From Terriglobales bacterium (lineage in GTDB: Bacteria; Acidobacteriota; Terriglobia; Terriglobales; Acidobacteriaceae), in NCBI GenBank assembly GCA_035493765.1, contig DATJHT010000141.1, positions 1,249 to 65,248 of the forward strand: a stretch of DNA of 64,000 nt. Reading direction: 5' to 3'. The notes below the pieces were generated by a model. That model saw only the letters and a list, made by a program, of their open reading frames with translations. It was not told where the DNA came from and made no database searches. Below are positions 56,143-63,526 of the stretch, piece after piece; positions within the stretch are counted from its first letter, which is position 1; the number at the start of each line of letters is the position of its first letter. Both the position numbers and the translations under genes were made by a program.

Positions 56143-56856
56143 TCAGATCTCCATGCCCACGTAGCAGACTCTGCCAACGATGTAATCGTGAGCAGTTTTG
56201 CCTTCTCCGAGGGGCAGCACCTGCACCGGATACGTCTGATTTTGGGGCCGCAGCACCAGATTGTGCCCGGACACTTCCACATAGCGCAGCTTGCAGGCGT
56301 CATTGACTTGCACTGCATAGACATTCATTTCGCCGCGCCTGTACGGTGCCAGCGAGTTATAGTGTCGATCCAGCAGAACAATCGCGCCTGGCAAAATACG
56401 CGGATACATGCCCATGCTGTCACTATCCGCTCTGATCGCCACAAAGCGTTCCCACTCCCGGCGTTTGCCGTGCAAATCCGGGCGCAGCTTGCGCAGAAAG
56501 CTTCGCTTGAATTTCTGGATCTCCCGGACGTTCATGCTCATGACAAGCGGTTGAGCCGCTGCAATTTCCGCGTCGACCAGCACCACATTCTCAAACTCAT
56601 CGTCACTCGGTGGCAGAATACTTGACCGCTTGTTGACCTCTTCAGGATCAAGCAGGTCAAGCACGGACAAGCGTTGCACGTTGAGGACCCGGTCCATGCC
56701 GGGTATGCTGAGGCTGCGCTTGCGGTTCAAAAAATTGGAAATATGGGCTTGTCGAAACCCGGTCTGCTCGGCCAGTCGCAATCCGGTGAGTTCACCCGCG
56801 GTAATTCTCTGCTGTATGGTCTTGCGCAAATTTTCCTGCAGACTCTTGAATTTCAT
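56143..56856 (-). CDS. XRE-family HTH / S24 peptidase (LexA/CI-like) repressor
   Basis: N-terminal HTH (LTGLRLAEQTGFRQAHISNFLNRKRSLS). C-terminal S24-like module (ADSDSMGMYPRILPGAIVLLD ... CKLRYVEVSGHNLVLRPQNQTYPV) with Ser in DSM and a downstream Lys. Confidence 0.8.
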   Translation of the reverse strand: MKFKSLQENLRKTIQQRITAGELTGLRLAEQTGFRQAHISNFLNRKRSLSIPGMDRVLNVQRLSVLDLLDPEEVNKRSSILPPSDDEFENVVLVDAEIAAAQPLVMSMNVREIQKFKRSFLRKLRPDLHGKRREWERFVAIRADSDSMGMYPRILPGAIVLLDRHYNSLAPYRRGEMNVYAVQVNDACKLRYVEVSGHNLVLRPQNQTYPVQVLPLGEGKTAHDYIVGRVCYVGMEI

Positions 56857-56871
56857 CTAACACCCCTCGCT

Positions 56872-56886
56872 ATAGCCTTTGGCTAT
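56872..56886. promoter_or_regulatory. perfect palindrome ATAGCC-TTT-GGCTAT (candidate operator)
   Basis: 15-bp dyad lying 16-30 bp upstream of the repressor start codon, between the RBS and the presumed promoter. Confidence 0.4.
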
Positions 56887-57024
56887 TTGCATCATGCGTG
56901 CATTCTCTTTGAGCCAGCACCTAACGTGCGAGTGATTTTCCACAGTAAAAAATCCGTCCCCATTACACGAAATCGCTCGCACTCACAGTCAAGAGCCGAC
57001 TTTGCAAGTACATCCGCATGTTCC

Positions 57025-57053
57025 TTGACGGTGTCACATCTTACAGCTATATA
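57025..57053 (+). promoter_or_regulatory. near-consensus sigma-70 promoter for the rightward operon
   Basis: TTGACG (57025-57030), 17-nt spacer, TATATA (57048-57053). It is followed by the 11-bp palindrome ATAAC-T-GTTAT (57068-57078). Confidence 0.4.
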
Positions 57054-57112
57054 CATGTTAGTCGTCTATAACTGTTATGACAAGGAGCGAGGGGAGAAAG
57101 AAGAAGGCGCAC

Positions 57113-57319
57113 ATGTCAACTTCGCTTGGTCACGAAGAAGAAATTAGTTTTACCGAGTTTCGTCGAAAGGTTCGAGCCGCCGAGGTACTGTCGGCATCAT
57201 TGGAGCGTCTGATGTCACAAATTCACTTTAACGGAAAGGTCAGCGTGGTTGTGCAGAATGGCCGCGTGTTGAAATCCGGCTACGAGGAAGGCTATTTTCG
57301 TAACCAGTCATCAACCTGA
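57113..57319 (+). CDS. small protein, DUF2292/YezD-like C-terminal half
   Basis: 68 aa, starting from ATG 57113 after a purine-rich GGAGCGAGGGGAGAAAGAAGAAGG. ...LERLMSQIHFNGKVSVVVQNGRVLKSGYEEGYF resembles the yGsvtlviqdGkvv signature of DUF2292. Confidence 0.5.
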   Translation: MSTSLGHEEEISFTEFRRKVRAAEVLSASLERLMSQIHFNGKVSVVVQNGRVLKSGYEEGYFRNQSST

Positions 57320-57373
57320 ATTCCAGCTAACACTCCCATAATTAAATAGACAAACAGGTCGTCGTAACAGAAA

Positions 57374-57417
57374 CGGGCCCTGTCTCCGCCAAAGCCGGAT
57401 GCAGGGCTCTTTATTTT
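57374..57417 (+). terminator. intra-operon hairpin plus T-run (terminator/attenuator)
   Basis: GGGCCCTG (57374-57381) pairs with CAGGGCTC (57401-57408), with one G.U pair and a 19-nt loop, followed by TTTATTTTT. Confidence 0.55.
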
Positions 57418-57432
57418 TCCAGCGGAGGATAT

Positions 57433-57657
57433 ATGGAAGAACTCGGCTTCGAAGCAATCCAGATGGAATTGAAGTATTGCGAACGCTGCGGCGGATTGTG
57501 GCTGCGGCCCACAGCCTCAGACCTCGTGTTCTGCGGCGCATGCGCGAGAGTCATGGCAGGACTGCTCCCTTCATCGCGCACCAGCCTTTCGGTCATAGGA
57601 GACCGGCCTAGACCGGGCTCAGAGAGCGCGTTTTGGACCGAAGGAGGCAAAGCATGA
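57433..57657 (+). CDS. small zinc-ribbon protein (CxxC-N14-CxxC)
   Basis: GGAGG RBS 4 nt upstream; 74 aa; KYCERCGGLWLRPTASDLVFCGACARV. Confidence 0.55.
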   Translation: MEELGFEAIQMELKYCERCGGLWLRPTASDLVFCGACARVMAGLLPSSRTSLSVIGDRPRPGSESAFWTEGGKA

Positions 57658-58214
57658 GCGGAGATCCTGAACTTGTTGCTCCGGTCGGCGCTTCCCCCGA
57701 TATGCAGGTTTCCATGGATCCAACCGATCCGGCATTTTTCCCGGTGAACACGGATGGCGGAAATCAGGACATGTGGCTTTATCGGGAGCGAACAATTGCT
57801 TTGCTGAGGCGCTATTTGCGGATTTCCATCGAGGTGGGAAGACTGCCTTCCATCCTCGGGCGCGAGCTTTTTCGTTCCAAAGTGACCTCGTACCGCATGT
57901 CGAGTTTCGAAGATGGGGTCATCTTTGTGCACGACGTTGAGCAGGCGCTCGATCAACTGCAACTATTCCCGCGGCAGATCATCGCAGCGGTCTTGTTCCA
58001 GGAATATACACACGAAGAAGCTGCCGAGGTATTACATTGCGGGCGTAGAACAATCACCCGCGAATTTCCGCTGGCGGTGGACCAGATCAGTAAAATATTC
58101 CTGGAGGGTGGGTTGCTCAACTGGTTGCCGGCTTGCACGCCATCTGTGGAAAAAAGTTGTCAAGGGGGTCAAGAGGGTCAATTCCCGCTAAGTTATTGCA
58201 GCAATGCAGAATAA
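57654..58214 (+). CDS. sigma-70 region-4-like HTH protein (divergent ECF-like or phage-type regulator)
   Basis: ATGA overlap with the Zn-ribbon gene. LFPRQIIAAVLFQEYTHEEAAEVLHCGRRTITREFPLAVDQISKIF fits the region 4.2 pattern (Lp.rqr.v..L....g.s..EiA..lg.s..tv......A...l). No clear region 2 is present. Confidence 0.6.
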   Translation: MSGDPELVAPVGASPDMQVSMDPTDPAFFPVNTDGGNQDMWLYRERTIALLRRYLRISIEVGRLPSILGRELFRSKVTSYRMSSFEDGVIFVHDVEQALDQLQLFPRQIIAAVLFQEYTHEEAAEVLHCGRRTITREFPLAVDQISKIFLEGGLLNWLPACTPSVEKSCQGGQEGQFPLSYCSNAE

Positions 58215-58288
58215 ATTTCTGCAAAGTTGGCGCATTTACCCTTTGCAGTGTGATATTCTAAAAACAATCAGAGAAAATCCTGAACTTT

Positions 58289-58320
58289 AGAGCGCGCCCC
58301 GCGGCGCGCTCTTTGCTTTT
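58289..58320 (+). terminator. strong rho-independent terminator
   Basis: AGAGCGCGCC-CCGC-GGCGCGCTCT, followed by TTGCTTTT. Confidence 0.8.
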
Positions 58321-58327
58321 CCAGGCC

Positions 58328-58624
58328 ATGATTGCAAAACAGGCGGCTGGTCCGCCAGATCTTATCGATCTCCGGCAACGAATCACCGGCATGGTCGCAC
58401 AAAACGCCGTGAGCATGGTTCAGTGTGCAATCGATGCGGTCCAGGAAGAAGGCCAATACCAGGCGATCAAGTATCTGTTTGAGATGATCGGCCTCTATCC
58501 AGCTGCCGCCGGCAGCGAAGACGTCAAGCCGAATTCCTTGACCGAAACGCTTTTACAGCGCCTGGGTTTAGAAGATGGAAAGCTACGGAGCCAAAACACA
58601 ACTGAAGGCGAAACCCGGGAATAA
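58328..58624 (+). CDS. hypothetical protein (98 aa)
   Basis: ORF in the coding-dense island. I prefer ATG 58328 because the TTG 58313 start lies inside the terminator T-run. No recognisable motifs. Confidence 0.45.
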   Translation: MIAKQAAGPPDLIDLRQRITGMVAQNAVSMVQCAIDAVQEEGQYQAIKYLFEMIGLYPAAAGSEDVKPNSLTETLLQRLGLEDGKLRSQNTTEGETRE

Positions 58625-58783
58625 ACATGCACCCACAACCGTCCCTTACAATAAACACAGCGCCTGAAAGCTTCGCGACAATATTTCGCGAGGCGTTATT
58701 GCGCCAGACGAAAATTCTGCCATCAAGCAAATGCTTTGCCGGAAGCAATTATCTGGCGAATGAGAGACGTGAGAACCCCAGGG

Positions 58784-59236
58784 ATGGACATGACATGGAT
58801 TACCGCCCGGATTGCACTGGGCGGCGGAATTTGGAACTCGGAAAATATGGCGGCGGTTGCCCGCACCGGTGTAACCCACATTATTGACATGCAGATCGAG
58901 TTCGACGACACTCCGCTGGCCGAACCGCACGCCATCGAGGTGCTCTGGAACCCAACAGATGACGATTTTCAGAGTAAGCCTCCGGAGTTGTTTCAGCGCG
59001 GCGTGGACTTCGCGTTGAGCGCGTTGGAAGACGAAAACGCACGGGTATTTGTCCACTGCGCAGCAGGCGTGCACCGCGCCGCCATGATGTCGTTGGCAAT
59101 TTTGTGCGCTCAGGGATGGGAAATTGAAGACGCCATGCAGACGATTACGGCGCGCCGTCCGGTAGTGGACTTCGCCGATGTGTATGTCGAAAGTGTTGAG
59201 AAATTTTTACAGCAGCAGGTGAAAGCTGCAGATTAG
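58784..59236 (+). CDS. dual-specificity (Cys-based) protein phosphatase
   Basis: CX5R P-loop VHCAAGVHRAAMMS within a DSP-sized (~150 aa) protein. The start could be 58760, 58784 or 58790. Confidence 0.75.
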   Translation: MDMTWITARIALGGGIWNSENMAAVARTGVTHIIDMQIEFDDTPLAEPHAIEVLWNPTDDDFQSKPPELFQRGVDFALSALEDENARVFVHCAAGVHRAAMMSLAILCAQGWEIEDAMQTITARRPVVDFADVYVESVEKFLQQQVKAAD

Positions 59237-59281
59237 TGCATTCCGGTGTTTCCAGTCTTAGATTCAAACCACGGAGGAAGT

Positions 59282-60982
59282 ATGTCGCACGCAGGCCGCC
59301 GCAAATGGCGGCTTTTTACTTTTGCGCTCCTTTGCGGGTTCGGAGTGGGTTCTGTTCACGCGCAGACCGTAACTTTGACGACCGTGAGTGACGTCGTTTA
59401 CAGAGCCGACGGCAACCCCGCCTCGGGCACGCTCCTGATCTCCTGGCCAGCGTTCGTTACCGCCGACGGCCACGCAGTCGCGGCCGGAAACAAAAGCGTG
59501 ATTCTCGGCGCAGGAGGGACGTTCAGTGCGCAACTGGCTCCGAACTCGGGAGCCACTCCTGGCGGAGTGGTGTACACCGTAGTTTACCAACTGAGCGACG
59601 CGACGGTGAAAACTGAAAACTGGTCAGTAGGAACGAGTTCGCCGGAAACTGTGGCGCAAGTGCGTGCGTTTCTCGGGACCTCGACGGCATCCGGCCAACT
59701 TGCCACACAGCAGTTTGTGAACTCGGCGCTCGCCAACGTTGTTCACTTGAGTGGGGCTGAGACGATCACCGGAGTCAAGCAGTTTACGGTGGCGCCCACT
59801 GTACCGACGCCCACACAGTCTGGACAGGCAGTCACCAAGGCCTACGTGGATGCGTCAGTTGCAAACGTCGGAAGCGGCAATTTCGTCAGCAAAGCCGGTG
59901 ACACCATGAGCGGTCCGCTTACGTTGCCGGCAGATCCGGCTTCGCCGAATCAGGCTTCAACCAAACATTACGTCGATATCAGCAGCGCATCGAAGGCCGA
60001 CCTCATCAGCGGAATTGTGCCAGTTATGGAACTCGGCAGCGGCACCGCCAACAACGGCGCATGCCTGCACGGAGATTCGACGTGGGGAGGGTGCGGCAGC
60101 GGAAGCGGGAGCGGGCTTACCGCAGGCATGCTAGCCATTAAGTACGCATCCGATTTCACGTGGACACTCACTAACAGCGCAGACTTGAGCACGCCGGGCG
60201 CCAAGACGATCTCGCTCGCTTCGTGTTCGCCGGGCGTGACCGGCACCGAGCCTAAATATTACGTTTACATTTCCGGAACCGGAACGCCCGAGGCGGTGCT
60301 GGTTACCGGCGGAACCTGCGCCGGAAATAATCAGCCGGGAACATTGCAGTTCACGACGGTGAACTCACATTCAGCCGGCTACACTGTGGCGAGCGCATCC
60401 GGCGGATTGCAGGAAGCGATCGTCGCGGCGCGATTTTCGCCGACCAATCCCACCGTCGCCTCGCAGTCAGGCAAGGTGATTGTTCCGCCAGGAGAACTAA
60501 AGGTATTCGCGCGAGTTTCTATTCGGGCGTCGAATATCACTGTCGATTTTTCCGGATCAATCATTGAATGCTGGGTGTCGGACACCTGTATCTTCGCGGG
60601 TGACCCGTCCAATTCAAATATGTTCAGCGACATCACGCTGATGAATCCGCGCGGCCGACCGGCGATAGTTGGCGGACAGTTTCCATTTATCGAAACCAAC
60701 GCGCAGAAGACCCGAATCCTGAATGTGGACATGCGGGCGGGAAACACCGGTGCAACCTTCGGCACGTATGTGCAAGTCGATGACGACCAATCATTTCTGC
60801 TTGATGGTTTGGATACAACTCTCGGTAGCGTTCTTGAGTGTGACAGCACGGCTTGTAATCCGGCGGTTTATGCTCCTGGCCCGTTCAACGTCTTTTCGGC
60901 AGTTGGATGGCTCAAGCATTTGAATATTTCGCTGCAGTGCCGCGGGAACGGGGTTGATTGGGAAAGCGGAAACCCGTTTTAA
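59282..60982 (+). CDS. secreted phage tail-fibre-like / right-handed beta-helix protein
   Basis: GGAGG RBS. Signal peptide RRKWRLFTFALLCGFGVGSVHAQ. Tail-fibre-type motifs (QFVNSALANVVHLSG..., TKAYVDASV, GDTMSGPLTL, TKHYVDISS). A C-terminal pectate-lyase/tailspike-like start (GGLQEAIVAA...GKVIVPPGELKV...) appears short. Confidence 0.7.
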   Translation: MSHAGRRKWRLFTFALLCGFGVGSVHAQTVTLTTVSDVVYRADGNPASGTLLISWPAFVTADGHAVAAGNKSVILGAGGTFSAQLAPNSGATPGGVVYTVVYQLSDATVKTENWSVGTSSPETVAQVRAFLGTSTASGQLATQQFVNSALANVVHLSGAETITGVKQFTVAPTVPTPTQSGQAVTKAYVDASVANVGSGNFVSKAGDTMSGPLTLPADPASPNQASTKHYVDISSASKADLISGIVPVMELGSGTANNGACLHGDSTWGGCGSGSGSGLTAGMLAIKYASDFTWTLTNSADLSTPGAKTISLASCSPGVTGTEPKYYVYISGTGTPEAVLVTGGTCAGNNQPGTLQFTTVNSHSAGYTVASASGGLQEAIVAARFSPTNPTVASQSGKVIVPPGELKVFARVSIRASNITVDFSGSIIECWVSDTCIFAGDPSNSNMFSDITLMNPRGRPAIVGGQFPFIETNAQKTRILNVDMRAGNTGATFGTYVQVDDDQSFLLDGLDTTLGSVLECDSTACNPAVYAPGPFNVFSAVGWLKHLNISLQCRGNGVDWESGNPF

Positions 60983-61011
60983 GCACTGGAACCCTGGTTA
61001 CAGATACTCTT

Positions 61012-61302
61012 ATGTCCCGAACCGACGATCGCATTCACGAATCCGCCCCGCAACGACTGGTCGTCCGCGTTACGGACAACGATTTTCAGCGCGAGGTGCT
61101 GGAGAAACTTGGCCGCCTCGAAGTGAAGATGGACATGCTGGTGGGCGGCTCGCAGCCGGGCAGGATGAACCTTGCGGAAGAGAGAATCAGGCAACTGGAA
61201 GGCAATGACATTCGCCGAAGCGTTTACGACCGGGTGGTGAATGCGGTAATCACAACCGCGATCAGCGCCTTGATTACGACTTATGGGAGGTGGTGGAAGT
61301 GA
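61012..61302 (+). CDS. small coiled-coil protein with C-terminal membrane anchor
   Basis: 96 aa. VLEKLGRLEVKMDMLVGG...EERIRQLEGN, then the hydrophobic VVNAVITTAISALITTYG and RWWK. No clear RBS. Confidence 0.45.
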   Translation: MSRTDDRIHESAPQRLVVRVTDNDFQREVLEKLGRLEVKMDMLVGGSQPGRMNLAEERIRQLEGNDIRRSVYDRVVNAVITTAISALITTYGRWWK

Positions 61303-61318
61303 GCGCCCGACGATGGCA

Positions 61319-62599
61319 TCAGCACTTTATTGTCCGCAGTTCTCCCAGCACCCGCTCGACTTCCTCTTCAGTGTTGTAATGCACGAAGCCGACGCGGAGA
61401 AATCCCCCGTCTTTTTCAACATTGAGCCGCTCGGTCAGATTCAGGGCGTAGTAATTGCCGTCCCAGGTGAAGATGCCACGCTCACCCAGGCGCGTCGCAA
61501 GTTCAAGCGGAGTGTGGCCTTCGATTCTGACCGCGAAAGTCGGGCAGCGTGACTCAACGCGCGCGGGTTCGCTGATTCCGTAAAGACGCAGACCGGGAAT
61601 CTCGCTGAGGCCTTGCAACATGCGCTCGGACAAATTTCGTTCGTGGGCACGAATTGTGCGATAGGCCGCGCACAACGCCTCGCGCCGATTTGTACTTCGG
61701 CCCTGTTCCGCACTTAAGCTGTGGAGGCCAAGCTCCTGCAAATATTCTACGCATGCGGTAATTCCGGCGATGCATTCGTGGTTCAGAGTTCCCCATTCCC
61801 AACGCTGCGGAACCGCGTTGGTGTTAGCGCGGAGTTTGTAAGGCGTTAATCGAGCCAGATGTTCGCGCTTGGCGTAGAGCACGCCCAGGTGCGGTCCGAA
61901 AAATTTATACGTTGAGCAGGATAGAAAATCGCAGTCCAGGTCACGGACGTCAATTGGCCCATGCGGAGCGTAATGCACGGCATCAATGTATGCGAGAGCA
62001 CCGGCATCATGAGCCAGGCGAACGATTGCTTTCACGTCATTGATGGTGCCGACCGCATTCGAGGCGTATCCGACGGCAAGTAACCGGGTACGAGAACTGA
62101 TTTTGCCGGCCAGGTCGTCCAGATTCAGCGTGCAATCTTCTTCGCGGATATCAGCGAACTGTATCTTGACGCCGCGTTCTTCGAGTGCGCGCCACGGAGA
62201 GATATTGGCGTCGTGATCGAGCTGCGTAAGCACGATTTCATCGCCAGGGCCGAGCTCGCGGCCAATGGCGCGGCTGACAGCGAACGTCAATGTGGTCATG
62301 TTCGGTCCGAAGACGACTTCGTCAGAATCGCAGCCGAGGAAGTCCGCCATAGCCGAGCGCGCCCCGGAAAGCACCTGATCCGTGTTGCGACTGGTCTGGT
62401 ATGCGCCGCAGGTGTTCGCGTTATTGCTTCGGAGATAATCCGAGATGGCATCAATCACGCGCTGCGGAACCTGAGTGCCTCCGGGGCCATCGAGAAAGAC
62501 CGCGGGATATCCGTTTACCTGCTGTGAAAGCGCGGGAAACTGCGCCCGCACTCTGGGAACATCGAGTCGCGATGTAGCAGCTTCAAGTGTTGAATTCAT
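61319..62599 (-). CDS. cysteine desulfurase-like class V aminotransferase
   Basis: FPALSQQVNGYPAVFLDGPGGTQVPQRVIDAISDYL and PLP-Lys context SCSTYKFFGPHLG; 426 aa. Confidence 0.88.
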   Translation of the reverse strand: MNSTLEAATSRLDVPRVRAQFPALSQQVNGYPAVFLDGPGGTQVPQRVIDAISDYLRSNNANTCGAYQTSRNTDQVLSGARSAMADFLGCDSDEVVFGPNMTTLTFAVSRAIGRELGPGDEIVLTQLDHDANISPWRALEERGVKIQFADIREEDCTLNLDDLAGKISSRTRLLAVGYASNAVGTINDVKAIVRLAHDAGALAYIDAVHYAPHGPIDVRDLDCDFLSCSTYKFFGPHLGVLYAKREHLARLTPYKLRANTNAVPQRWEWGTLNHECIAGITACVEYLQELGLHSLSAEQGRSTNRREALCAAYRTIRAHERNLSERMLQGLSEIPGLRLYGISEPARVESRCPTFAVRIEGHTPLELATRLGERGIFTWDGNYYALNLTERLNVEKDGGFLRVGFVHYNTEEEVERVLGELRTIKC

Positions 62600-62688
62600 G
62601 AGAGTGAGCCATCAGATTACGGCAAAAGTTGACCACGAAGCGCACAGAGCACGAAGTAAGTACGTAGGACCAGAGCGGTTTCAGACAA

Positions 62689-63264
62689 TCAGATAAACAA
62701 GCTGGTTCGCGACCGCAACGAATCTCCCAGGAATGTGGCGACGCCGCCGCATTCGAGTCCGCCCACGAGGTCGGATTCTTTGATTCCCATTACGTCGCGG
62801 GACATTTCGCAGGCAATCATGCGCACATCCATCTCGCGCGCCAGAGCAATGAACTCTTCAAGCGAACTCACGTTCTTGTCTTTCATCATGGAACGCAACA
62901 TCTTTGCACCCACCCCGAAATAATTCATTTTCGAAACCGGGAGCGACTGGCTGGAACCGGGCGACATCATTGCCATCATCTTCTGGAAAGCAGTTTTTCC
63001 ATCGAAAGAGGTGCCCTTCTTTAGTACGCTCAGCCCCCAGAAAGTGAAGAACATGCTCACCTGCTGCCCCATGGCGGCGGCTCCGGTGGCAATGATGAAG
63101 GCAGCCAGCACGCGATCCAGATCGCCGGAGAAGACGATAATCGTCACTCGATCTTCGGTGCGCTCTTCGACGGCGGCGAGTCGTTTTTCAAGCTCCGCTA
63201 CGCGAACGGTAAGTTCCGCGTTCGACAGTGCGCCAGCAAGTTTTTCTTCGATAGCGAGTTCCAT
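62689..63264 (-). CDS. DsrE/DsrF/DrsH-like family protein with N-terminal coiled-coil extension
   Basis: RVTIIVFSGDLDRVLAAFIIATGAAAMGQQVSMFFTFWGL...RMIACEMS...GGVATFL matches the DsrE_2-type fold signature. The first ~35 aa are heptad-like (VRVAELEKRLAAVEERTED). Confidence 0.8.
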   Translation of the reverse strand: MELAIEEKLAGALSNAELTVRVAELEKRLAAVEERTEDRVTIIVFSGDLDRVLAAFIIATGAAAMGQQVSMFFTFWGLSVLKKGTSFDGKTAFQKMMAMMSPGSSQSLPVSKMNYFGVGAKMLRSMMKDKNVSSLEEFIALAREMDVRMIACEMSRDVMGIKESDLVGGLECGGVATFLGDSLRSRTSLFI

Positions 63265-63274
63265 GTGATGCTCC

Positions 63275-63526
63275 CTACGCCGTGCGTTTCACGTAATGCA
63301 CATAAATGCTGGTGCCGTCGGCGTTCTCGGTTTCCTGTGCGACCAGTTCGACGTTTTTCGCAACTTTCGCCCAACCCTGGAAGTCGGCAACGGAGCCGCG
63401 ATCGGTGGCCATGACTTTCAGCACCTGGCCTGTATCGAGCTTGCCGATTTCCTTGCGAGCGTTCACCAGCGGCATAGGGCAATTCATGCCGCGGGCATCA
63501 AAGACCTTGTCGAATGTAACGCTCAT
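63275..63526 (-). CDS. tusA: sulfurtransferase TusA family protein
   Basis: MSVTFDKVFDARGMNCPMPLVNARKEIGKL carries the CPxP active-site motif. The start overlaps the upstream gene's stop (ATGA). Confidence 0.88.
   Translation of the reverse strand: MSVTFDKVFDARGMNCPMPLVNARKEIGKLDTGQVLKVMATDRGSVADFQGWAKVAKNVELVAQETENADGTSIYVHYVKRTA

Larger units (their letters stand above)
56143..61302. mobile_element. accessory island: possible degraded prophage or domesticated phage-derived module
   Basis: It holds a CI/LexA-like repressor with a divergent promoter, small regulators, a phosphatase, a tail-fibre-like exoprotein and a small membrane-anchored protein, inserted between ddl and a cysteine desulfurase-like gene. 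No integrase, att repeat or virion structural genes were seen. Confidence 0.35.
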
